Shown: in pieces, positions 1 through 10,328 of the stretch
How positions within the stretch are numbered: the first letter of the stretch is position 1
Layout: each line of letters starts with the position of its first letter
DNA from: an uncultured bacterium
Lineage (GTDB): Bacteria > Verrucomicrobiota > Verrucomicrobiia > Limisphaerales > UBA8199
DNA length: 64,000 nt
Assembly (NCBI GenBank): GCA_963749495.1
Contig: CAVVMW010000021.1
Location: forward strand, 1-64,000
Direction: 5' to 3'
The notes under the pieces: model-generated
What the model was told of the DNA's origin: nothing
Database searches by the model: none
The model's input: the letters and a program-made list of their open reading frames with translations, nothing else
Made by a program: the position numbers and the translations under genes

Positions 1-471
1 ATGTATTGCTGGGTCGGGGCGGCGTTTGCCGCCGAGTTGGGCACTATGCGCGTGACCGAGCAGATCGATGCCTTGCGCACTCTGGCCACCCACCCGGTGG
101 ACTACCTGGTGGTGCCTCGGTTGGTCGCGCTGCACGTGGCCTTGCCCTTGCTCACTTGCGAGGCCATTGTCGTGGGCATCGCCGCCGGTTACATCGTCGG
201 CGTCTATCTGCTGGGCATCAACGCCACCTACCTCTGGGAGAATGCCCGGAAATACACGACCACGGAGGACGTGCTCATCGGCCTGATCAAGGCGGTCATC
301 TTCGGGGGCATCGTGGCGATCATCGGCTGTTACAAAGGCATGTACTGCGGGGAAGGGGCCCAGGGCGTGGGCCGCGCCACGACCGAGGCGGTCGTGTATT
401 CCTCCATTACCATCCTGATAACGAATTTCTTTCTCACTTTGGCGCTGGGCAAAGTATTTCACACGTTATGA
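1..471 (+). CDS. mlaE: MlaE-family ABC permease (5' truncated by window)
   Basis: AELGTMRVTEQIDAL and GAQGVGRATT motifs; followed by MlaF/MlaD. Confidence 0.9.
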   Translation: MYCWVGAAFAAELGTMRVTEQIDALRTLATHPVDYLVVPRLVALHVALPLLTCEAIVVGIAAGYIVGVYLLGINATYLWENARKYTTTEDVLIGLIKAVIFGGIVAIIGCYKGMYCGEGAQGVGRATTEAVVYSSITILITNFFLTLALGKVFHTL

Positions 472-1292
472 TCGAGGTGCGCGATCTCAAGAAGAGTTTC
501 GGCGCCAACTGTGTCCTGGATGGGGTCAGTTTCAACATCGAAAAGGGCGAGTCGGTGGTCATTATTGGCCGCAGCGGCGGCGGCAAGAGCGTCCTGCTCA
601 AACACCTCATCGGGTTGCTCAAGCCGGACGCCGGCGCGGTTCTGGTCGAGGGCGAGGACATCGTCCCCATGAGCGAGCGCACCCTGTTGCGCATCCGCCG
701 CAAGTTCGGCATGCTCTTCCAGGCGGCCGCGCTGTTCGACTCCATGACCGTCGCCGAGAACATCGCCTTTGTTTTCCGCCGGCAGCGGTCGCTCTCGGAG
801 GCCGAGATCGCCCGGCGGGTGGCGGCGGTGCTCGACATGGTGGACCTGCCGGGCATCGAATCGAAGAACCCCTCGGAATTGTCCGGCGGGATGCGCAAAC
901 GCGTGGGCCTGGCCCGGGCCATTGTTTACGAGCCGGAGATCGTCCTCTATGACGAGCCGACCACCGGGCTGGACCCGATCGCGGCCGACAGCATCGACCG
1001 GCTCATCCTGCGCGTGCGGGACCGGCTGGATGTGACCACGGTCGTCGTCACCCACGACATGCGGAGCGCCCGCCGGTTGGGCCAGCGCATCCTGATGCTG
1101 CACGAGCAGAAGATCCATGCCGCCGGCACCGCCCAGGAAATCTTCGGGTCGAACGACCCGATCGTGCGCCGGTTCATTGACGGGGTCTCCGAAATCAAGA
1201 TCGGAGCCTCCGACCTGCCCGGGCTGGAGCCTGCCCGCGCTGGGGCGCCAGGCCTGGCCTTGAACCCGGCTGCGGGACGGTCGCAACCATGA
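468..1292 (+). CDS. mlaF: MlaF-type ABC ATPase
   Basis: ATG 468 overlaps the upstream stop; Walker A GRSGGGKS, LSGGMRKR signature, YDEPT. Confidence 0.9.
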   Translation: MIEVRDLKKSFGANCVLDGVSFNIEKGESVVIIGRSGGGKSVLLKHLIGLLKPDAGAVLVEGEDIVPMSERTLLRIRRKFGMLFQAAALFDSMTVAENIAFVFRRQRSLSEAEIARRVAAVLDMVDLPGIESKNPSELSGGMRKRVGLARAIVYEPEIVLYDEPTTGLDPIAADSIDRLILRVRDRLDVTTVVVTHDMRSARRLGQRILMLHEQKIHAAGTAQEIFGSNDPIVRRFIDGVSEIKIGASDLPGLEPARAGAPGLALNPAAGRSQP

Positions 1293-2305
1293 AGTCAGAC
1301 GCATTGTCTATGACCAGACCACCGTTGGAATGGAAAGTCGGGTTGTTTGTCCTGATCGGTTTGGTGCTCTTGGCGGTGCTGCTCATCGAGTTCAGCAAGG
1401 GCGCCAACGTCTTCAAACCGACCAACACCCTCTACGTGCAGGCCCCAACGGTGGGCGGCCTGACGGTCAGCGCCAGCGTCCTCATGTCCGGCGTCAAAGT
1501 GGGCAACGTCAAGTCCATCATCCTGGCCCCCGATGGCAAGAGCGTCACCATCACCTTGAGCATTTACAAGGAAGCCAAGATTCACGACGATGCCCGTTTC
1601 GTCATCGAGCAGTCCGGATTTCTCGGGGACCAGTATGTGGCCATCCTGCCGACCGCCAACAAAGGGTCCGTGTTCAAAGACGGGGACCACGCCAGCGCCG
1701 AGGCGCCGTTCGACCTCCAGGAGGTCGCCCGCGCCGCCGGCGGTTTCGTCCAGCGCGTGGACGAGACGGTCAAGAAGCTCAACGAAATCATTGACCGCCT
1801 CCAGAAGTACCTGCTCAACGAGCAGACCATGACCAATTTCTCGATGATCGCCGGCAATCTGCGGGCCTCCTCCGAGCGCGCCCTGGCCACGATGGACCAC
1901 CTCAATGGCCTGGTCGTCTCCAACACCCCCGCCCTGAGCCAGTCGTCGAGCAACCTGCTCCTGTTCTCCGGGCGCATCAACGAGGTGGCCCTCAACCTGA
2001 ACGGCGTGGTCCTGAGCAACCGCACCGAAATTGCCGCCACGGTGAAAAACCTCAGAGATTCCAGCGAGACCCTCAAGGGCGTCCTGGGGGATGTCCAGGC
2101 GGGCAAGGGCTTGGCCGGCGCCCTGCTCAAGGACCAGCAATTGGCCAACAACGTCTCGGAGGTGGTCTCCAACCTGGGCGTGACGACCAGCAACTTGAAC
2201 CGGCTGGGGGTCTGGGGCGTGCTATGGCGGCACAAGCCGCCCAAGGCCCCGCCACCCTCGCGCTCGTCCTTGGCCTCGCCTAAAACCCTGAACTTACCTG
2301 ATTGA
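1289..2305 (+). CDS. mlaD: MlaD/MCE-domain protein
   Basis: N-terminal KVGLFV TM helix, SGVKVG and GFLGDQYV MCE motifs. Confidence 0.85.
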   Translation: MKSDALSMTRPPLEWKVGLFVLIGLVLLAVLLIEFSKGANVFKPTNTLYVQAPTVGGLTVSASVLMSGVKVGNVKSIILAPDGKSVTITLSIYKEAKIHDDARFVIEQSGFLGDQYVAILPTANKGSVFKDGDHASAEAPFDLQEVARAAGGFVQRVDETVKKLNEIIDRLQKYLLNEQTMTNFSMIAGNLRASSERALATMDHLNGLVVSNTPALSQSSSNLLLFSGRINEVALNLNGVVLSNRTEIAATVKNLRDSSETLKGVLGDVQAGKGLAGALLKDQQLANNVSEVVSNLGVTTSNLNRLGVWGVLWRHKPPKAPPPSRSSLASPKTLNLPD

Positions 2306-2308
2306 CTT

Positions 2309-3373
2309 ATGGCTCTCTGGTCCATTCGCGTCCTGTTCCTGCTCCTGTGCACCACCGGCGGCTACGCCGTCAGCCAGGTCCGCCCGGAATTCGTCACCCT
2401 TTCCCACAGCGCCTTGCTCGGAATCCTGATCGGGTTCGGCTTTGGCTGGCTCATGATCGCCGTGGACGAAATGCTCAAGGGGTTTTCACTGCGCGCCTTC
2501 TCGGCCACGACCTTCGGCCTGCTCCTGGGCACCGTCGTCGCCCTGCTCATCGACCGCTCCGGTCTGTTCGAAAACGTCGAGGAGAAGCCCACCCGCTGGC
2601 TCATCCGCCTGAGCCTCTTCCTGAGCTTCGGCTACATCGGTATTGTCCTGGCCATGCGCAGCAACAAAGAGGACTTTTCCCTGATCATCCCTTATGTCCG
2701 GTTCGCGCCCCAGAACAAACCCGACAACCTCCTCCTCCTGGACACCAGCGCCATCATCGACGGCCGCATTGCCGACCTCATCGAGGCCAACTTCCTGGAG
2801 GGCATCATCGTCGTGCCCCGCTTCGTCCTCAAAGAACTGCAGCAGGTCGCCGATGCCGCCGACCCCGTCAAACGCGCGCGCGGCCGCCGCGGCCTGGAGG
2901 TCCTCAACCGCATCCAGCGCAACCCGCGGAACGAGGTTAAAATCCATGAAGGCGATTTCCCCGACGAGAAGGACGTTGATGCCAAGCTGGTTCGCCTGGC
3001 TCGCAACCTCGGTGCCAAGCTCTTCACCAATGATTTCAACCTCGGCAAGATCGCTGAACTCCAGTCCGTCAACTACCTCAACATCCACGAGGTCGCCAAG
3101 TCCCTCCGGGTGGTCCTGTTGCCGGGGGAGACGCTCTGCCTGCGCCTGGTCCGCGAAGGCAAGGACAAGGGCCAGGGGGTCGGCTACACCGCCGACGGGA
3201 CCATGGTGGTCGTCAACAACGCGCAGAACCTCGTCGGCCAACAGGCCGAGGTTGTGGTCCAGAGCCTCCTCCAGACCGGCGCAGGCGTCATCGTCTTTGC
3301 CGAATTGCGCCAGCTCCTGCCGGGCGCTCAGACCAACCCGAGAAATCACACCGCAGGAGGGGCACCATCATGA
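2309..3373 (+). CDS. PIN/TRAM-domain membrane protein (YacL-like)
   Basis: TM helices, LDTSAIIDGR PIN motif, QGVGY..DGTMVVV TRAM region. Confidence 0.9.
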   Translation: MALWSIRVLFLLLCTTGGYAVSQVRPEFVTLSHSALLGILIGFGFGWLMIAVDEMLKGFSLRAFSATTFGLLLGTVVALLIDRSGLFENVEEKPTRWLIRLSLFLSFGYIGIVLAMRSNKEDFSLIIPYVRFAPQNKPDNLLLLDTSAIIDGRIADLIEANFLEGIIVVPRFVLKELQQVADAADPVKRARGRRGLEVLNRIQRNPRNEVKIHEGDFPDEKDVDAKLVRLARNLGAKLFTNDFNLGKIAELQSVNYLNIHEVAKSLRVVLLPGETLCLRLVREGKDKGQGVGYTADGTMVVVNNAQNLVGQQAEVVVQSLLQTGAGVIVFAELRQLLPGAQTNPRNHTAGGAPS

Positions 3374-3376
3374 TGT

Positions 3377-3525
3377 GAAATTCGAAATTCGAAACTCGAA
3401 ATCCGAAACAAATCCAAAATTCAAAAAGGAAATGCTCAAAACCAGACTGGCAAACGAGTTTCGAACATTTGAATTTGGAATTTGGAATTTGTTTCGGATT
3501 TCGGATTTCGGATTTCGGATTTCGG
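3377..3525. repeat. AT-rich heptamer-armed inverted repeat (TTCGAAA/ATCCGAA ... TTTCGGA)
   Basis: Tandem 7-mers in opposite orientations, beginning just after the 3373 stop. Confidence 0.85.
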
Positions 3526-3547
3526 TCAGTGGGGGCGGTTTCGCTCC

Positions 3548-4927
3548 ATGAAGGGCGCGAAGATTCAACTTCTGGCACGTTTGCGGCGTGTGCTCCCTCC
3601 CGGTGAGTTGAGCTTTTCGGAGCCGGTCCTGGAGGCGCACGCGGGCGACAAGTGGTTCGCGGCGCACAAACCCGATGCGGTCGCGCTGCCGCGCCGCACC
3701 GCCTCGGTGGCGGCCCTGCTGCGCTTTGCCCACCAGCACAGGATAGCGGTGACCGCCCGCGGCGCCGGCCACGGCTACGTTGGCGGCTGCGTCCCCGTCC
3801 AGGGCGGCATCGCGCTCTGCCTGGCGCGCATGAACCGTATCCTGGAAATCAACCCCGCCGATTTCGTTGCGGTGGCGCAGGCGGGGGTGATCACGGCCGC
3901 CCTCCAGGACGCCGTCCAGAAACAGGGTTTGTATTACCCGCCCGACCCTGCCAGCCGGGCCGAGGCCTCGATCGGGGGAAACATCGCCACCAACGCCGGA
4001 GGGCCGCGCTGCCTCAAGTACGGCGTCACCCGCGACTACGTGTTGGGACTGGAAGCGGTCCTGGCCGACGGCACGGTCCTGCGCCTGGGCGGGCGCACGC
4101 ACAAGAACAAGACCGGCTTCGATTTGGTCCGTCTCCTGGTCGGCTCCGAGGGCCTGCTGGCGGTGGTGACGGAGGCCACCTTGAAACTGCTGCCGCTGCC
4201 CCCGTTCCGCGCGTGTCTGGCCGTGGGCTTCGCGGCCACTCGCGATGCCGTTGGCTCGCTGCACGCCATTTTCAACGCCGGTTTCCTGCCCTCGGCCCTC
4301 GAGGTGGCCGACGCCTTCACGCTCCAGGCCGCCTGGCGCCGCACCGGGAGCAGCCGCCTGCAAGGATGCCAGGCCCACCTGATCGTGGAACTGGACGGAC
4401 AGGAGCGCTCCGTCCGCTCCGAGTTGCGGCAGGTCGAGCGCCTGGTCCGCGGGCATTGCCCCCGCTTCGTCCAGCGCGGCCTGGGCGCCGCCCAGTGCGA
4501 GGAGATCTGGCAGGTCCGGCGCGAGTTCTCTTATGCCCTGCGCGATACCGGCCTGACCAAGCTCAATGAGGACATCGTGGTCCCGCGCGGACGATTGGAA
4601 GACCTCTTCCGTTTCGCGGCCGCCTTGCAGAAAAGGCACGGCCTGCCCGTCGCCTGTTTCGGCCACGCCGGCGACGGCAACATCCATGTGAACGTGATGG
4701 TGGATTCCTGCCAGCCGCAGGCCGGCGCCCGTGCGGAAGCGGCGCTCGATGAACTGTTCCGGCAGGTGCTCGACTGGGGCGGCGCCATCACCGGCGAACA
4801 CGGCATCGGCCTGGCCAAGAAGACCTGGTGGCCCCTGGCCGTCTCACCGCAGGTCCTCCAGCTCCACCGCACCCTCAAACGCGCCCTGGACCCGCGCGGC
4901 ATCCTCAATCCCGGGAAGTTCCTCTGA
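3548..4927 (+). CDS. FAD-linked oxidase, GlcD/D-lactate dehydrogenase family
   Basis: PPDPAS, GGNIATNAGG, GHAGDGNIH, GEHGIG and LNPGK motifs. Confidence 0.9.
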   Translation: MKGAKIQLLARLRRVLPPGELSFSEPVLEAHAGDKWFAAHKPDAVALPRRTASVAALLRFAHQHRIAVTARGAGHGYVGGCVPVQGGIALCLARMNRILEINPADFVAVAQAGVITAALQDAVQKQGLYYPPDPASRAEASIGGNIATNAGGPRCLKYGVTRDYVLGLEAVLADGTVLRLGGRTHKNKTGFDLVRLLVGSEGLLAVVTEATLKLLPLPPFRACLAVGFAATRDAVGSLHAIFNAGFLPSALEVADAFTLQAAWRRTGSSRLQGCQAHLIVELDGQERSVRSELRQVERLVRGHCPRFVQRGLGAAQCEEIWQVRREFSYALRDTGLTKLNEDIVVPRGRLEDLFRFAAALQKRHGLPVACFGHAGDGNIHVNVMVDSCQPQAGARAEAALDELFRQVLDWGGAITGEHGIGLAKKTWWPLAVSPQVLQLHRTLKRALDPRGILNPGKFL

Positions 4928-4931
4928 GCCT

Positions 4932-5420
4932 ATGTCGGAATTGTTATGGTATGTGGCCCATGTGCGGCCGCGCCGGGAAAAGAAGCTGGTGGAATTCTGC
5001 GGGCGCAAGGGGTTTGCGGCGACGCTCCCTTGCTACGATTCGCCGCACAGGTACCGCGGCAAGACGGTCGTGTTTCGGAAACCGCTCTTTCCGGGCTATG
5101 TCTTTCTCGAACTCCTGCCTGCCCAGAAAGAGACAGTCCGCCAGAGCGATCACGTGGCGAACCTGCTGGACGTATTCGACCAGGAGACCTTTCGCAAGCA
5201 GTTGGCGGACATCCTGCTGGCCCTGGAAACGGACCTCGGGGTGCGGTTGGCCCCTTCGATTGGCGAGGGCATGCGCGTCCGCATCAAGTCCGGCCCCTTG
5301 CAGGGCATTGAAGGATGGGTCGAGCAGCGTTACGGCATGAGCACGGTCCTTCTGCGGTTGGACTTCATCAGCCAGGCGGCCGCCGTCAAGCTCGAGGCCG
5401 ACCTGCTGGAACTGATCTGA
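4932..5420 (+). CDS. NusG paralog (RfaH/UpxY-like antiterminator)
   Basis: WYVAHVRPRREKK, PLFPGYVF and KOW motif VRIKSGPLQG. Confidence 0.8.
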   Translation: MSELLWYVAHVRPRREKKLVEFCGRKGFAATLPCYDSPHRYRGKTVVFRKPLFPGYVFLELLPAQKETVRQSDHVANLLDVFDQETFRKQLADILLALETDLGVRLAPSIGEGMRVRIKSGPLQGIEGWVEQRYGMSTVLLRLDFISQAAAVKLEADLLELI

Positions 5421-5437
5421 CAGCCTTCAGCCTTTTC

Positions 5438-5770
5438 TTAAATCCCCAGGTTGGAGAGTGTGTTGCTGATCGCATTGACGATTTGCACCAGGCGGGGATG
5501 GGACTCCTCGAAACCGGCCACCGAAGACCCCAGCCCTTGGAGCGAGAGTTTGAGCAACTGCGGGTTCTGCTCCGCCCGCGTTGCCTCGTGGGTTGAAACG
5601 TCGGCAAAACCGGCAATGCTGGTTGCCTCGTCCCCGTGCGTCCTGGACAAATCGGCCACCTCCGCCTTGAGCGTGGCCAGCAATTGCAGCAACTCGCGGC
5701 GACGGTCCTCCTTGATCGCGTCGGAGTTCTGAATCCTCGCTTCGATCTTTCCAATCGTGTCCTCGATCAT
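5438..5770 (-). CDS. DUF4404-like small protein
   Basis: C-terminal FEESHPRL...SNTLSNLGI typical of the family. Confidence 0.75.
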   Translation of the reverse strand: MIEDTIGKIEARIQNSDAIKEDRRRELLQLLATLKAEVADLSRTHGDEATSIAGFADVSTHEATRAEQNPQLLKLSLQGLGSSVAGFEESHPRLVQIVNAISNTLSNLGI

Positions 5771-5844
5771 GGCCTTCTGCGGTTTCTTGCTCAACATACT
5801 CAAGGTGCCCGCCGAAAACAATCTCCGCGTGTTCTGGACCTTCC

Positions 5845-6495
5845 TCAGGCTCCACGCGCCATGAGGGCCGGCTCGACTGCCCGCCAAACGGCCTGCTGGA
5901 CCTCCTCCACCTTGCCGGTGGCATCGATCAGCTTGACGCGCTGAGGCTCGGCGGCAGCTATGGCCTTGTAACCCCGGGCCACGCGCTCGAAGAAGGACCT
6001 GTCGGCCTCCTCGATCCGGTCGCGCAGGAATGGCATCGTGGCCTGGCGGGCCAGCAACCGCCTGGCGCTGACCTGCGGCGGCACCACCAGCAGCAGCGTC
6101 AAATCCGGACGCGTCTGCCCCACCGCAAACTCGATGGCCGCCTTGACCACCCCCAGGTCCAGCCCTCGCCCATAGCCCTGGTAGGCGACGGTCGAGTCGT
6201 AAAACCGGTCGCACAGGACGATGTCGCCCTCGGCCAGGGCAGGGCGGATCTCTTCCCGGACCAACTGCGCGCGGCTTGCGTTCATCAGCAGCAACTCCGC
6301 TTCCGCCGTCATGGCCTGGTTGGCCGCGCTGTGTTTGAGCGTGTGGCGGATTTCCTCACCGACCGGCGTGCCGCCCGGCTCGCGCATGGTGCGCACCATG
6401 TGCCCGGCCTGCCTCAGGCGCTGGGCCAGATGCGCCAGTTGCGTCGTCTTGCCGCCGCCTTCCGTGCCTTCGAATGTGATGAACAGGCCCTTCAT
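5845..6495 (-). CDS. tmk: Thymidylate kinase
   Basis: FITFEGTEGGGKTT, REPGGT and CDRFYDST motifs. Confidence 0.95.
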   Translation of the reverse strand: MKGLFITFEGTEGGGKTTQLAHLAQRLRQAGHMVRTMREPGGTPVGEEIRHTLKHSAANQAMTAEAELLLMNASRAQLVREEIRPALAEGDIVLCDRFYDSTVAYQGYGRGLDLGVVKAAIEFAVGQTRPDLTLLLVVPPQVSARRLLARQATMPFLRDRIEEADRSFFERVARGYKAIAAAEPQRVKLIDATGKVEEVQQAVWRAVEPALMARGA

Positions 6496-6518
6496 TGGTC
6501 ATTGGTCATTCGTCATTC
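6493..6518. repeat. Short (G/C)AATGAC heptamer run containing the tmk start codon
   Basis: Minus strand reads atgacga atgacca atgacca ATG aag. Confidence 0.6.
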
Positions 6519-6537
6519 CGCAGCCGGAACGCCCCGC

Positions 6538-7954
6538 TCACGCCCTCTTGAGCCTCGCCCCCTTTGGCGTATCCTCGATCACCCATCCTTTGGACTTGAG
6601 CGCCTCGCGCAGGACATCGGCGCGCTTGAAGTCCCCGGCCCTGCGGGCGGCCTGGCGCTCGTCGAGCAGGGCGCGGACCTCATCCGGGGCTTCGATTTCT
6701 GCCGGCGCGCCCACGCCCAGCACCGTGTCCACGCTTTCCCAGGCGGCCAGGGCCGACGCGGCGGCGGCAGCGTCCAGGGTGTTCTGGCTCACCTGCCGGT
6801 TGATCTGCCGCACCCACTCGAAGACCACGCCCCACGCGCCCGAGACGTTGAGGTCGTCGTCCAGGGCGGCGGCAAACGGTTCGACCAGGCCCGGCGCGGC
6901 GGGGGCCTTCCGGTTGGCGGCGGCCTCGCGCAGTTTGGTCAGACATTGGTCCAGGCGCAGCAACGCCGCGCGGGCGGCTTGGAGCCCATCGAGCGTGAAG
7001 TTGAACGTCTCCCGGTAATGCGCCGTGAGCAGCAGGTAACGGACCTCGCGCCCGGTGTATCCCTTGGCCAGGAGATCGCGCAGCGTGAAAAAATTCCCAA
7101 GGCGCTTGGCCATCTTACTGCCCTCGACCATGAGGTGGGCGCCGTGGAGCCAGGTACTTCACGAAGGGCTCTCCGGGGGCTTGCGCCCCCGCCCCCTCGC
7201 TCTGCGCTATTTCGTCCTCGTGGTGTGGGAAGACCAGGTCCTCGCCCCCGAGGTGGACATCGAAGCTGGGGCCCAGCAAGGCCATGCTCATGGCGCTGCA
7301 CTCGATGTGCCAGCCGGGCCGGCCCTCGCCCCACGGGCTGGGCCAGAAGACAGTGCCATCCTCCGGCACCCGCGCCTTCCAGAGGGCGAAATCGGCCACC
7401 GATTCCTTGGCGTATTCATCGCTGCGCACTCGCTCGCCCACGCGCAACTCGTCCAAATTCAAAGGGATCAACTGGCCGTAGCGGCGGCCCGCGGCGCGGT
7501 ATTTCTCGATGCTGAAATAGACCGAACCGTCCGGCGCCCGGTAGGCGAGGCCGCGCTCGATGAGCTTCTGGATCAAGGCGAGGATCTGCGGGATGTGCTC
7601 GGTGGCCCGCGGCGCCTGGTGGGGCGGCAGACAGTTGAGCGTCCGGAGGTCCTCGAAGAAGGCCGCCTCGAACTTGCCGGTGAACTCCCGCAGCGAAAGG
7701 TTCGTCTGGCGCACCCGCTGAATGATCTTGTCGTCCACGTCCGTGATGTTCATGACGTGGCGCACTGACCAGCCCTTGAACTGGAGGTAGCGCCGCACCA
7801 GGTCCCCAAAAAGAAACGTCCGCCAATTCCCGACGTGCGCATAGTCATAAACCGTCGGTCCGCAGCAATAGAGGCCGACGCTCCGCCCGGCCGGGTCACG
7901 TGGAACGAACTCCTGCACCGAGCGCGACAGCGTATTGAACAATCTCAAGGCCAT
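6538..7954 (-). CDS. cysS: Cysteinyl-tRNA synthetase, +1 frameshift near 7153 (probable sequencing error)
   Basis: CGPTVY, HVGN and GRPGWHIECSAM; removing one C restores VKYWLHGAHL and joins the KMAKR-containing C-terminal ORF. Confidence 0.93.
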
Positions 7955-8068
7955 ACACGAGGCGCAAAGGATGCACCGGCCCACTCCCGAAGGAAAGGGG
8001 AAACGCGCCGAGCGGATTTGTTTTCTTCCCTGACTTCGTTTTCGGGGTACGGTGTAATGGCCGCCCGT

Positions 8069-8995
8069 ATGTCCGGTCAGAAGACCAACAACGCGTTGCT
8101 GGGGCTGAGCCTGCTCCTGGCCATATTCTTGTGGGGCGGGACCAACACCGGCACCAAGTACATCCTGGGGACCTGGCCGCCCTTATGGACGGGCGGCTCG
8201 CGCTTCCTGTGCGCGGGGCTCTTGTTGCTGGCGATATTGCGCTGGACGGCCTGGCTGGGCCAGGGCCGCCCGCTGACGCCCGCGCTCCGGCGCGTCCTTT
8301 GGTGGCGGGGCGGGCTGAGCCTGGCGGTGTACATCGTGGTGTTCAACTACGCCGTGCGCTACACCGCGGTTTCGCACATCGCGTTGTACCTGGGCGCGGC
8401 GCCCGTGTGGGCCTTGCTCTGGGAAGGCCGCCCGGCCCGGACCTGGAACAGTTTGCAGCGATACGGTGCTGCCGCCCTTGCATTGACGGGTGTCTTGGTC
8501 CTGTTCTGGCCGGCCTTGAAGGCGGCCACTGGGAGCTGGCGCGGCGAGGTCCTCGGCCTGGCCGCCAGCCTGCTCTGGACCCATTACGGCCGCCAGTGCC
8601 GCGTCCTGGGCGCGGACCTGTCCGGTGCCCAGAGCAGCGCGCACACGATGTGGCGGGCCGGCGTGCTGCTCCTGCCCATGGGCCTGGTCGAGATTTTCCG
8701 CTCGGGCCTCACCTGGAGGGCGGATTTGGCATGGGTCCATGCCTATTGCATCGTGGCCGGCGGCGTCGTCGCCTTCGCGATATGGAACCAGGCCCTGCGG
8801 CACTGGCCCACCAGCCAGGTCATGCTCTTCAACAACTTGATCCCGCTCAGCACCATGAGCTGGGCCCGGCTCTGCCTGGGCGAGACCATCACCCGCACCT
8901 TCTGGCTGGCAATGCTCCTCATCGTCGCCGGCGTTCTCCTGGGCCAGGCCAATTGGCAGAAGCTCCTTGCCCCCCGCGCTGTCCCGCCGGAGTGA
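8069..8995 (+). CDS. DMT/EamA-family transporter
   Basis: About 10 TM helices, LWG motif, LGE near the C-terminus. Confidence 0.85.
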   Translation: MSGQKTNNALLGLSLLLAIFLWGGTNTGTKYILGTWPPLWTGGSRFLCAGLLLLAILRWTAWLGQGRPLTPALRRVLWWRGGLSLAVYIVVFNYAVRYTAVSHIALYLGAAPVWALLWEGRPARTWNSLQRYGAAALALTGVLVLFWPALKAATGSWRGEVLGLAASLLWTHYGRQCRVLGADLSGAQSSAHTMWRAGVLLLPMGLVEIFRSGLTWRADLAWVHAYCIVAGGVVAFAIWNQALRHWPTSQVMLFNNLIPLSTMSWARLCLGETITRTFWLAMLLIVAGVLLGQANWQKLLAPRAVPPE

Positions 8996-9002
8996 CGGCC
9001 GT

Positions 9003-9128
9003 AAATGAATGACGAATGACGAATGACGAATGACGAATGACAAACGAAGGGACCGGCGCCCGCAGCGCCTCCGGCGGACCAACAACCGCGCCCTTCGTCA
9101 TTCGTCATTCGTCATTCGTCATTCATTT
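9003..9128. repeat. Heptamer-armed hairpin element (GAATGAC)x5 - core - (TTCGTCA)x4
   Basis: Inverted tandem arrays with CGAAGGG/CCCTTCG inner stem. Confidence 0.92.
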
Positions 9129-9160
9129 GGATTTGCGGCGGGTACGGCTAAGCTCTCCTC

Positions 9161-9528
9161 ATGGACATCAAAAACATGGACGAGGTCCCCGCCTTCATCA
9201 CGAAGGACGGTTCGGAGATTCGTGAACTGCTGGCCTACCGCAACTCCGTGCTGCGCAACCAGAGCCTGGCCGAGGCCCGCCTGCCGCCGGCGGCAGCACG
9301 CAGGAACATTTCCATGCCACAAGCGAGGAAATCTATCTCATCACCCACGGCGCCGGCCGCATGCGCCTGGGCGAGGAGGTCCGCAACGTGCGCGCCGGGG
9401 ATGCCATTGCCATCCCGCCGGGCCGCAAACACAAGCTGTGGAATACCGGCCCCGAACCGCTGCGCTTCCTCTGCTGCTGCGCCCCCCCGTACGAACATGA
9501 CGATACGACGATAACGGAGGAACCCTGA
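9161..9528 (+). CDS. Cupin-domain protein, frameshift near 9290
   Basis: TKDGSEIRELL in one frame; HFH..SEEIY...IPPGRKHKLWN...CCAPPYEH continues in another frame. Confidence 0.8.
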
Positions 9529-9654
9529 CTGAGTGACGTGGGGAACGTTTTGGCAAGAAAAGCATCGTGACCACCCCCATACGCGAGGCGGTCATGGTTT
9601 TCAGAAGTTTTTGGGGTATTGTCAGTCCGTTGTATATTGTAGTACAATGCAGCC

Positions 9655-9948
9655 ATGGCAACACAGCCCGTAGCAATCAGGTTCGACGCCGAGTTGCTTT
9701 CCCTGCTCAAAGAGGGCAAGCGCCGGACGCCATTGACGATGCAGGAACTGGTCAGACGCACCCTGCGCTTGCACCTCCGCTCCGTGATTGATGAGGAGGC
9801 CAGGACGCCAGCCAAACGCCTGACGAACGTCCAGCCATGGTCCGACCGGGCTCTTGCCGCGGCATACCGCCGCGAAAAGCGTGAAGGATGGGACCAAATC
9901 GAGCTTGCTGCAGTTCGTGGGCAGCCGGCCGCTGGAATGGAGGATTGA
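9655..9948 (+). CDS. Putative RHH-type antitoxin
   Basis: Small ORF with RHH-like N-terminus whose stop overlaps the toxin start. Confidence 0.55.
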   Translation: MATQPVAIRFDAELLSLLKEGKRRTPLTMQELVRRTLRLHLRSVIDEEARTPAKRLTNVQPWSDRALAAAYRREKREGWDQIELAAVRGQPAAGMED

Positions 9949-10275
9949 TGCAACCTTGGGAAATCTGGACCTATGATTTTCCGGGCGTCGGCCCGCACCC
10001 GGCCGTAATCCTGGGCACAGAAAGGCGGGTTCGGCAAAAGCCTGTCGTGAATGTGCTGATGTGCTCGAGTTCAACGGGCCACCCGGAGCGCCGAGGTCCA
10101 CGAGGTCATCTTGGATGAGGCTGATGGCCTGGACTGGGAAACGCTCTGCAAGTGCGACTTCCTTTTCGGCGCTGAGAAATCCAAGCTTACCGACCGCCGC
10201 GGCATTGTGACAACGGAACGCAGGCACGCTATTGGCCAGCGGATCATCGCCGGCCTCGGGCTGGCCGGCCTTTAG
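9948..10275 (+). CDS. PemK/MazF-like toxin, frameshift near 10070
   Basis: MQPWEIW...PHPAVIL...VNVLMCSS, then EVILDEADGLDWETLCKCD in the shifted frame. Confidence 0.7.
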
Positions 10276-10299
10276 CCCTGCAGCCGTCCGCCCCGGTTA

Positions 10300-10328
10300 T
10301 TCGTCATTCGTCATTCGTCATTCGTCAT
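10300..10328. repeat. (TTCGTCA)x4 run supplying the rhaB stop codon
   Basis: The rhaB TGA at 10325-10327 is the first unit on the minus strand. Confidence 0.8.

Noticed and set aside
7095..7116. CysS KMAKR instead of KMSKS
   Set aside because: Both lysines are retained, so this is within normal motif variation.
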